From assembly GCA_030141605.1 (NCBI GenBank), contig JAQGDQ010000071.1, forward strand, positions 157,081 to 221,080: a DNA stretch of 64,000 nt, written 5' to 3'. Source of the DNA: Tubiluchus corallicola (taxonomy: Eukaryota; Animalia; Priapulida). Position 1 is the first letter of the stretch; every line of letters begins with the position of its first letter. The notes below the pieces were generated by a model. That model was not told the DNA's origin and did not search any database. It saw only the letters and a list, made by a program, of their open reading frames with translations. The position numbers and the translations under genes were made by a program. Shown here in pieces: positions 48,701 through 59,483 of the stretch.

Positions 48701-49341
48701 TATTGTGGGAAATGTGGGAAAATTTTAGCGTAAAATTTTAGCGCATTTTACACGAAGCTTTCTAGATAAAAGCCTTTGTTTCATGTTAATGGTTTAAGAA
48801 AGGGTAAACAGGCAGTGTTGCGGGAAATGTGGGAAAATATTAACGCATTTTACACGAAGCTTTCTAGAAAAAAGCCTTTGTTTCATGTTAATGGTTTATG
48901 AAAGGGTAAACAGGCAGTATTGCGGGAAATGTGGGAAAATTTTAGCGCAAAATTTTAGCGCATTTTACACGAAGCTTTCTAGAAAAAAAGCCTTTGTTTC
49001 ATGTTAATGGTTTAAGAAAGGGTAAACAGGCTGTATTGCGGGAAATGCAGGAAAATTTTAGCGCATTTTACACGAACCTTTCTAGAAAAAAAGCCTTTGT
49101 TTTATGTTAATGGTTTAAGAAAGGGTAAATAGGCAGTATTGCGGGAAATGTGGGAAAATTTTAGCGCATTTTACACGAGGCTTTCTAGAAAAAAGCCTTT
49201 GTTTTATGTTAATGGTTTAAGAAAGGGTAAACAGGCAGTATTGCGGGAAATGCGGGAAAATTTTAGCGCATTTTACGCGAGGATTTCTAGAAAAAAGCCT
49301 TTGTTTCAGGTTAATGGTTTGAAAAAGGGTAAACAGGCAGT
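45768..49341. repeat. Satellite array, ~33 copies of 102/115 bp units
   Basis: Unit gtattgcgggaaatgcgggaaaattttagcgc(gaaattttagcgc)attttacacgaagctttctagaaaaaagcctttgtttcatgttaatggtttaagaaagggtaaacaggca. The first units start at 45768, 45870 and 45985. Confidence 0.98.
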
Positions 49342-51274
49342 ACAGCAAGTGACAACGCCCATTTTTCAAAAACTGTGAATATTGCAACAAATTATCAAAT
49401 TATCAAAGAAAATGCATAAAAATCAAACCCAATTTTACGGAAACGTTGAAAAAAGTAAAATTAAAGACAAAACTAAATATTTTTTTATTTCGGCTGGCAC
49501 GAAATTCAATGGTTCATTGCCTGTTATTTAAATGTAATGACTGGAATCCACAGATCATTTTAGTTGTGGTTTTAGTTAAGCTTGTTTCTAAAGTACTACA
49601 ACTTTCTCTTGCACCAAGTTTGTCAATCCAATGTCTTACATTAACATGATCTTGCAGTCAAATTTGCTTACATTTATGACACTGTTTATAGATACTTGAA
49701 AAAGGTTAGCCATTGATTGTTGTTTGTTAGGTCATACCAAGTCGCAAATGAGGTACTTGGATTAGTCTTGCCTTTGTTGTGCTGATAAGTGGCTTACTCT
49801 GTTTATATGGTACAATGTAAAGTAAATAACGGAGCAGTTCTCAAGCGTTTGTGGTGCGTTAGATTCTAAAAGTAATTTAGCCATTTTTGGCACTTGTCAG
49901 GCTAATTTGTATTCATTTAAATAATTAATAGCGGATGAATCGCAAACGTTAATTTTGTGATAAAATAATTCTCATAAACTCGTGTTGGATAAATGTGCAG
50001 CCATTTTGTATAGTTTTAGTTCACACTGTTCTTTACTGTAACAGCTCATACTTCTGAAACTCAGTAATGTAATACAAACCTCATTTAATAATGTTAATTT
50101 CTTTTTATTATGACACAATTCTGTTCAGATCTCTCATTTTGCTCGACTGTTTCACAAAAATTATTGAATTCACAAAGTAGTTCACTTAAATACTGGTGAT
50201 TACTTGAAACGACAGAGAACATAATAATTTTACGTAAAATTTGCGTTTGCTGTCACTCATTATTCTTTCCGCGCATTACATATGGGCAACCTTCTCATTA
50301 TAGGCACGACTATTAAAGAAAAGCTGTACAGACAGCAACGAATTCTCAGTATTGAGCACGATGCTTTCTAACACAATTCATAAGTTTTTAGCTTAGAACA
50401 TTCTGGTTGGCTGCTGTTTAAATGCTTGTTAAACCACAAAAATTTTCTATTGTTTGTGGAACTCATTATATCGTCAAAAATATAATTTAGTTCGGTTTTA
50501 AATTAAACTGCATATAACGCATAGAATGAAACTACATATAGAAAGCATTCAGTAGGAAACAGACGTTTCCTCCAAAGCAGAACAATCTTAAACTTCTTCA
50601 TTTGATTTTCTTATTAATAAACGTAACACAAAGATGAACAAGTTAACGTACAAAAATGTACCTGTACTGGTATTATATAAACTAGCAAAATATTAAAGAC
50701 AGACTGACTGATGTGTGCAACTGAGTCATTTTAACTAATTTAAAAATCATAAAAATAAAAACATTACAAAATTAAATAACATGTCTACACATTTATATAC
50801 AAGTTTACATAAGTAAACATGATGGGAATTATTAACATAATTATTCTTAGCAATATTCCTGATATAATTAATGACAGACTGAAATAGTTACAGAATATAG
50901 GGAAGTATGATTAAGAATGACGTATGAGATGTATGTAAGAGTTGTATGACATACTTAGAAGAGATGACGAAATCTAATGCATTTTACGGGTAACTTTTTT
51001 CAATAGTTTTAAGTTCATTATAATTGCTCTGTGTTGGCGATAGAGCGTCCCTTGAATTGTTTCAGAAACAATAAGCTGTTTCGCGGTTTCATTTTGCGCA
51101 CGCGCACTGCTGTAGGTCAAAGGTTCATTGATATTGTTCATGAAATCCCAGTTAAAAAGCCAGTATCGTACAACATGTAGCTATTTTTGCGACAATTTCA
51201 AGGTTACCAGATAATAATCTTCAAAATTCACAGCGTAAGCATTAATATATTCATTGAGTGTTAATTTTCTTACA

Positions 51275-51351
51275 TGTGTGTGTGTGTGTGTGTGTGCGTG
51301 TGCGTGTGCGTGTGCATGTGCGTGCGTGTGCGTGTGTGTGCGTGCGTGTGG
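51275..51351. repeat. (TG)n/(TGCG)n microsatellite
   Basis: Alternating purine-pyrimidine tract. Confidence 0.95.
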
Positions 51352-51747
51352 GTTTGCATTTATATTGAGCTTTAATATGTAGTATTATTATGTATGCGTC
51401 CGTTTATATTGTTGCACTCTTACCCTGCAAATGGAGGGTTTTGTATTTTTCATTTTGAAAATAAACGAGATTTATTAATAATAATCTGTCTTTCTTGCAA
51501 TGCACCAATGTTTCTGTCTAACAGGACAATGATAAGCCAATGCTACTGCTCTGATTATTTCTTAATCCCTGTTGCCCTGAAATTTTGACGGAAAGACAAC
51601 ATGGCTTCCGAAAATTATGACTTCCAACTTTCACGTACAGCAACCAAAATGGCGGAAAGAACGCCGTGCGCTTTGTTCATACGCATAACGTTCATGAACG
51701 CGCGGAAACAGTCAATACGCGCACCGAGTTATACGCGGCGCGTAATC

Positions 51748-51964
51748 TTTTGCTGCAGGATTGTGCTAGCCACTCAAGACTACTTGATACTCATGTTTAG
51801 TCTGTCTTTTCCCCGCCTCCTTTGCACCAGGATTGCACTAGCCACTCAAGACTAATTGATACTTATATTTAGACTGTCTTCTCTCTCCTCTTTTGCATTA
51901 GGATTGTACTAGCCACTCAAGACTAATTGATACTTATATTTAGTCCGTCTTCTCCCCGCCTCCT
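51748..51964. repeat. ~71 bp tandem repeat, 3 copies
   Basis: aggattg..ctagccactcaagacta.ttgatact at 51757, 51828 and 51900. Confidence 0.92.
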
Positions 51965-52999
51965 TATAAAAATGGTCTCATCGCCGACTAGGCATGAAAC
52001 TTTTAGAACTTCCAAACTCACGTTCATTCTCACAACTCTTAATACCTTGTCAGAGAGAAAACTTGGCTCAACCTTGTCTTAAAATCCAGTTGAGGAATTT
52101 CTTATGAAGTTTTAAAAACCTCGAACTCTAGCTCTTTTCGTGTGATGTATTTACACTTGCATTCTTGTATTTGATCTTCTAGCTCCATTTCTTAGATTCT
52201 TCTAACTACGAATTTGATTCTAAAAGTCAAGAAAAAAAGATATCCATCATTAAGTGGCCTCTGCCACCAAAATGCTAATTTATAAAAAATTATGTAAAAG
52301 TATTAACACTGTATTACGTTATACAGGAAAAAGAAGAACCGATGCATCACTAATAGTTTTCACACAATATTTGTTTGAAGTAAAGAAAAGTTATGCAAAT
52401 TCAGGAAGCTGAATCTATTTTTCCTGGAATTGTAAAAGACACTGGAACTGGAAGTGTTTCTACGTACTAAGAGCCACTAAATGAAAGTATTTAGTTTTTA
52501 TTAATGCTATAATTTGTTTTTAATAATTTTGTGTTTCTATACGATAATGTTCAATTGATTAGTTAATTGATGTTTTGGGGGTTTGGTGCATGTCTGTATA
52601 CAATAAGTTATAAAACTGTTAATAATTATAATTTCATGTGTATTAATTCTAAACCTTAGTCAATAAATGGAGACATATTCAGAGTAACACATTTACCTTT
52701 TGTTTTAACGCAGGTGAATTACATTAATTTAATTAGAATTTCAGTGAATATTTAATCAAGTTTCAATAATAAATCAGATGAATCAGATACGTGACTAACA
52801 CCGTCCTTTGTTTCTTAAACTAGAAAGTATAATTTCTTATACTTAGACTATACTTTTTGTTTACTTTCTTCTTAATGCGTTGTTGAGCCACCGTAATCAT
52901 AACGGTTGTGGTATAATAAAACAATAATAGAGAGAGAGAGAAAGAAAGAAAGGAGAGAGAAAGAGAAAGAGCGACAGAGTGAGAAAGAGAAATTTGTCA

Positions 53000-53222
53000 A
53001 CGTGGGAGCTTTTCAATTGATGATTAGTTGACATTTTTTGACACAAATTTTAAGCTCTTCGGCCATAACTTGAAAGCTACAAAAGTTGTAAAGCTACAGG
53101 TTTCACAAACAAAAGCCAATACGCTGGAGTACCTCACTGTAAAATTTCAGCTTTGTGGGTCACTTGCTTCTAATATTATTACAGTCTAAGCTCAGGGATA
53201 TTTTTCTGTGCCACCTGGTATA
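53000..53222. mobile_element. End of a mariner-type MITE
   Basis: Terminus ttttctgtgccacctggTATA is nearly identical to the TIR-like end at 41490-41510. Confidence 0.45.
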
Positions 53223-53574
53223 TTATTGGATCAGGAGAAATGTCATTACATGCGAATACATTCTCACTGAAAGAAGTGATCAAGCGTGTAGCAAACAGTG
53301 TTTGAATAATAAAACTAAATAAATTCAAACCCATGCGCTATGCAGAATGAACACCTGTAAGGCTTTAAAAAATATGCCTTTTAAACTTATTTTGGGAGAC
53401 ATCTTGGAAGACAAGATGATTTTTCATATACTACCCCATTTTCAAGAACGAAAATACTGCACAATTAATACTGCAAAAGTGTTTGATAATTAAATAATAA
53501 ATTAAATACTTAATTAGCGGCGAGCTAGGCCAATGTTTTAAAACAAAAATTCAAATTTACCCGGGTTTCTATTA

Positions 53575-53747
53575 CGTGGGACCTGAAGATGTCGTCCCTT
53601 ATAACCGAAAGTCCCTTGTATCCGAGCATCTTATATACGAAGATTTTTATAAGGAAAAACGTTGCGAAAAATCGGGACCGGTGTTGGTGGTCCCTTGTAA
53701 GCGAATGTCCCTTATAGGCGAGTATCTTATACCCGAGGTTGACTGTA
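53575..53747. mobile_element. pogo/Tigger-like MITE, right portion
   Basis: Ends in CGAGGTTGACTG+TA (reverse complement TA-CAGTCAACCTCG), with repeated gtcccttat/gggacc subterminal motifs. The left TIR is not clearly found. Confidence 0.65.
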
Positions 53748-55619
53748 CAGGGCTACTGTAAGATATTGAGTGTGTTGTACTAAAACTTGGCAAGCTTTAA
53801 CATAAAAATTCAAATTTACCACTGTGCTCATGTATGAACAGTCGAACGTGTGCAGTTCGTCACAAACTAACACATCTGAACTGAGAGGTACTGCACCTGT
53901 TTTTTGTGCAATGTTTTTCCGGAATAGCTAGTGGCTATTGGTTGTGTAACTAGCGAATGGCAAAATGCGTGTAATAATGAGGAATTAGTGGCCCGAACTT
54001 TAAATTGTGTTTTCGTGGTAATAATTCTTTCATGTATGTCATTTTAGAAAAAAATAGTGTTTCCTTTCAATATTTTAATAAGTTTTTATGAAAAATTGGA
54101 TAGCTGACTTTGTAGTATTTTTGCGTCAACATTAGGTAAGCTGCGGGAGTTTTAATTAGTTTAAGCAGCGCGTGCTTACGGAAAGCCACGACACGCTTAC
54201 GAAAAATCACGAAGTGTCTCAGTTATGTCATGATTTTCAATTGAATGACGGCAACCATCACACCTGAAAATTTCTATTCAGAGGCAGTATATTTTAAATT
54301 TTATGCTTTCTAGACAGTTTTTTGCAAATTTCTTTGTTATATTTTTCTGAGTTTAATTTATAACAGCAAAACAAACCACCATACTGAGTGACTTGTTCTT
54401 TCCTTTAAGCTTCTGTTATAAAATTCTGTATTGATCTGGGTTGCGCTGAAAAACATTTCCTCCGCAAATGGAAATCCGAATGTAATTAATTATTCAACCT
54501 TTGCTGATTACAAAGCAGCTAGAGCTATACTAGAGTAATTTAAAGTCGTGTAAAATTACAGGTTTGTAATGTAGACGCATTAAGTGCAAAATAAATAAAT
54601 AAATAAATAAAAACCTATTCAGTGTGATCGCTTCGAAAACCATAATATGCTCTTTAAATTAGCAAGTTCTCAATACGGTAATTTACTAAATCAGGAAAGT
54701 TCTCGACAGTTTCTTTAATTGAGATTTTCTTTAATTTTTATTACATTAAATCAAACTATTTGGGTTCAAAACTGTTTATAGAAAATTACAAAAAAAGTAA
54801 ATATATCGCTACTGAGTGTTGCAATAATTTTAAACAGCAAAAAACCTACAATGACCCTCATTTTAGTAGGTCTACTGATTAGCTAACAAGAAAAAACTCT
54901 ACTAAAGGTTTTGGAAATTAAAGGATTAATTAATAATTAATAATTAGTTGATAGCCGTTTAAAACATTTCAGGAAGTTTTAGTTTTCTGACATAAAAGAT
55001 TCATGGAAAAGCTGATCCAGTAGCTGAATCCTAAGCTACATGTTTCTTCACTCCAAACTGATTAATAATTAACACATGATCAACACCGCGTCTTTCCATT
55101 TCATTTTGTTTTCCATAATTAGTTCAGTTAGATTGTCAGATAGAATCAAATAAGATGAATGACTCATACCTTCTGTTACCTGTTTACTCAAACACCAACA
55201 TAATTTAGTATTCTGTGCATATTTAATGATCTTTTTCTTTTGATCGGCTAGAGAGAAATTAAGAGGAAGAGAGAGAGAAAGAGAGAGACAATAAAAATTA
55301 ATTTAAATGAAATTAAAATAAAATTTGAATTAAATTAAATTAAATTAATTTTTTTTTAATTAATTATAAAAACTTAGATTTTGCTTCAAGGTCTATAAAT
55401 GTGGATCAAGTATACTGAAAGGTGTCATTGCGTCATTTCATTATTAATATAAGTGTAACTATAATTCATGTGATGCTAAGGTGCGTCTAAATTTGCTTTA
55501 AGATTTCCAAATTTGGCAGTTTGATGTCTCTTCAATGATAGAATGGCGCAAAGTGTGAATTATAATGCACTTGTATTGATTGATGACGCCCCATTCAAAT
55601 AGGGAAGTTTGGCATCTCA

Positions 55620-55850
55620 GCATCTGGTGTAAGACAAAGAGTTAATGGATTAAACCGGCACAGGTAATTCACCTGCTAAATTGAGCATCTGATGTAAGAC
55701 AAAGAGCGAATGCGTTAAATAACGTTGCAATGATTCACCTGATAAATTGAGCATATGGTGTATGACAAAGAGTTAATGGATTAAACACGCACAGGTAATT
55801 CACCTGCTAAATTGAACATCTGATGTAAGACAAAGAGTTAATGGATTAAA
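55620..55850. repeat. 65 bp tandem repeat, ~3.5 copies
   Basis: gcatctggtgtaagacaaagagttaatggattaaa...caggtaattcacctgctaaattga at ~55620, 55685, 55750 and 55815. Confidence 0.92.
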
Positions 55851-56389
55851 ACACATTATTGATTTCATTGATAATATAAAGTACATATAAACTATTGCTT
55901 AGTTAGCGAAGAGTACGAATGCTCTGATTATATTTTAAAAACTTTTGAGCAATGTTATCTAAACTTTTTTTCAAATGTCTTACAGTTAAAATGGCTGAGT
56001 CTAACAGAGTTTATATTTCATGTTTCATACAGCATCGCTGCTAATACAAATTCTGTGGGCAATAAGACAGTTACTCTATTTCAAGAAGAATTTTAAGCTT
56101 TATTTCTGAAGAGTGTTTCACGGTGCTTTAAGAATGGGAAAAATAAAGAAATGTAAATATTAACAGTGAAATAAAATAAAAAATGTGAAATATGACTATT
56201 TACAAAATGAGAAAATGAAATTATTGATTGTTATAACTGATTACAATCCACATTAGAAGCATTTCATCTGCTGCGCATTTCATCTGCAGTTTTCATGATA
56301 AACATTACAGACGAACATTTTATTGACTTTAATTGGGCGTTAACTTTTCTCCAAATTGGTTGAAACTTGTTTAGTTTAGGTAAAACTAA

Positions 56390-57013
56390 GGCCCATTTCA
56401 CACTGGGCGCGCTAAGAAAATTCGGAATTGCTGTTAGAAAATCAGAAAATTTCATAACATTTCCGTTTTTCACACAGAAATCACGTGATTTTTACGCGTG
56501 TCCAGCTACTTTCCGAATTGCAAACTTGTAGCGATTATATATGTAATATATTTTATTAATCTCCATCTTTTTGCTGTGCGCTTAATAATATTATGTCAGA
56601 ATTAGTTATACCGTCGTTACTTGTCCCATTCATTTATCTAAACAGGAGAGCAGCGAACGCGAGAAATTTTACTGTTACTTTAAAACTAGACGAATTTTCA
56701 GAAAAGTAGAACCCTGGAAGCGTTTTTTTCTAAATGTGTGTAACATAGTCAGTTTTATAAATTTTACTCCGCTGAACCACCCAGAAAAAGCTGTTACCAT
56801 TTCACGCAAACTTTAGCAGAAAGGGTAGAAAACGCAAAAAACAGAATGATCACAAAGTTTTTGCGCACATAATTTAAATCAAGACAAATTCCACGAGGAA
56901 AATTCCTTATGAGACGTCTTTGTGAAATACGTCATAGAAAACAATGAGTTCCATTTCTGGAGGAAAAAGATGCAAGGAATTTGTCCTAAAGGAATTTTGC
57001 AGTGAAATGGGCT
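56390..57013. mobile_element. PIF/Harbinger (Tourist-like) MITE, 624 bp
   Basis: TAA + GGCCCATTTCAC at the left; GTGAAATGGGCT + TAA at the right. This gives 11/12 bp TIR identity and a 3-bp TAA target-site duplication (56387-56389, 57014-57016). Confidence 0.8.
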
Positions 57014-57344
57014 TAAGGCGGGTGCTAAAACACTATGGCAGGGTTTACAGCACTCCATTGCTAATCTTTTTCCTAATATTTTTATGTAAAACTTAATTAG
57101 CGGCAGATGTTTGAAGTAGAAAATGAATCAGCTTCTGTTCTGAGGCACAAAAGCGAAACGTTGCGTTTGCTATGTTAAATATGCATCACATTATAAATTA
57201 ATTAGTTTGGCATTCAGGAAACAAATTTGATGTCAGAGATCAACTGAACTGGGATTCATCTGTAACACAAAACTATCAATACGTAACATGATCAATAATG
57301 CGTGGACATTCCACACAGTGCCTTATTTATGCAAAAAATTTAAC

Positions 57345-57527
57345 GTGAGTTAAGGTAACATAAAGTAAGGTAATAATCTAAGGTAAAGTAAGATAAGGCA
57401 ATGTAAGGTAAGATAAGGTAAGGGAAGGTGAGGTGAGGTAAGGTAAGGTAAGGTAAGGCAAAGTAAGGTGAGGTGAGGTGAGGTGAGTTAAGGTAAAGTA
57501 AGGTGAAGTGAGATAAGGTAAGGTAAT
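57345..57527. repeat. Pentanucleotide (GTAAG/GTGAG)n repeat
   Basis: Directly visible; explains the LTLPY-repeat ORFs on the minus strand. Confidence 0.92.
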
Positions 57528-59483
57528 GCATGTAATGCCTTGAAAATGCATGTAATTAATAATGACCACGTGGAAACTTACTCTATGTTAATAGCGTTTC
57601 TAATACACCGCAAGTAATTGTTTAATGTGCTCATAATTTCACAATGAAGATGACAAGACAGAGCTATCAGCCCAGGGTGTCGTAAAGGTTTGATACGCCC
57701 CGCAGTACCTCAGTTGGAATTCATAAAATTGAAACGCTTCTCATTTTAGTGAGTGGAGATTTGATTAAACAATGCTCTTGTACATAAGCTTATTATGTTT
57801 CTGTAAACTGATGTATGTTTCTGTGTTTCTACTTGAGCCTTATTTTTATTGTTCTAAGGACTGTAAATGTCTGAAATAAAATCAAATTACCCTGCAGACC
57901 ATTTCTGTCCTCTTATGACAATACGCTTATTTTTCTGAGCGATTCCTTAATGAATTTTGAAAGAATTTCAATGTCCCTTTCGTTAGGAGGCAGTGCGCAG
58001 CGATGTCCCGAAACTTGGTGTCTTTTTTATTTCGTTTTTGAGTGACTTTTTATTTATATTCTCATTTTTTAATTTTTCGATTTTTGGCAGCTTTTAAATC
58101 TTTCTTATAATTGCATGCACTTCGTAGGAATACGAAAATGGTTCTGTATAAAGCTGGCACTTTTATACAAGCAGCATTATTTGCATTGAAATATAATCTT
58201 GTTCTATTAGAATGTAAAGAGATTCAAATATAAGAAAAGATCTAGTCTTAAAATGATTACTTTTTTATTCTTTAAACATGGTATTTATGTACGTATATAC
58301 GTCTTTTCTATCCCTAAATGACTTACAGCAGTCTGTTAGTAAAGAATTTGAAATTAATATCTGCTTTTTATTGTGCCCATATGGTCTGTACTTGTAGCTA
58401 ACAGCCTCTGCCGTCATTAAATATTTCATCAACTTCTGCTTCAAGCTCTGCAGAGATCCATTCTGTTAAAGTTAAACTAAATCCTAACTAACTGATTTCT
58501 CTTTCATACATATTTAATTTATAATTAATTTAATTAGATGCATCTAGTAAATGAATCAGACCTTTTGTTCTGTTACCTTAAAACGCCAAGCTTATTTCTT
58601 GCTTTTTGTTCATTCAATCTGCCATCGTAATCATAACGGTTGTGGTATAATAAAAAAATAATAGAGATATGGAGATCAGGGAGAAAGAGGGAGAGCGAGC
58701 GGGGAAGAGAGAGAGGCAGAGAGAGGCAGAGAGACAGCGCGTTCATAATCTTGAATGTTAAAACTTGAAAGACAGAAAATTTGTTGCACAAAGTTTTGTA
58801 TCGAAATTTAATTATTTGTGGGTTCGTAACATCAAGCCATTGATAAGTCTCATTTAAAACTACAGGGAGTCGAGTCTGTACAGTGCCGACCAACCTGCTA
58901 GTCAGAAATTTAAGAGGGGGAGACATTTTGTGAGCATCACAGATGAGCCATTGTTGAAGAACTGACGCAGCACAGTGCATAATAAATTACCATTTCTTCA
59001 TTTTGACGATAAAATATTTATTGATATTTTTGTAAACCTCTAATATTCCGATGTCGCAAAAACATGAACAGATTTTTATTACGATTTTATAAAAATGAAA
59101 TAACGGAATTTCATGAAAACTAAGACACTGATGCTGCATGCCAAAGTAATTAATAATTAATACGTGACTAATACAGCCTGCCTCCCTTTGTTTTAACTTC
59201 ATTTTGTATTCCATACATATTTAAACTATAATTAGTTCAGTTAGATGCTTCACATAAATGACTCACACCTTCTGTTTTTTGTTTGCTCAAACACAAACCT
59301 GATTTATTATTCTACGCTTATTTAATGAGTGCGTTTTCTTAATTCAATGAGAGAGAGAGAGAGAGAGATTTAGATTTTAGATTTAATATTTTATTTCAAA
59401 CTTCGCAAAGTTCATAAACACATCACAAATTAATACAAATAATACAATAAATGCATGACACACAATAATAACACAAATAATAA

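Noticed and set aside
45768-49341. CRISPR array or repeat-protein gene
   Set aside because: No unique spacers, no cas genes, eukaryotic context; unit lengths and A-run variation break every frame.
57340-58980. LTLPY-repeat and LSLSL-containing ORFs
   Set aside because: Products of pentamer and GA-rich simple repeats.
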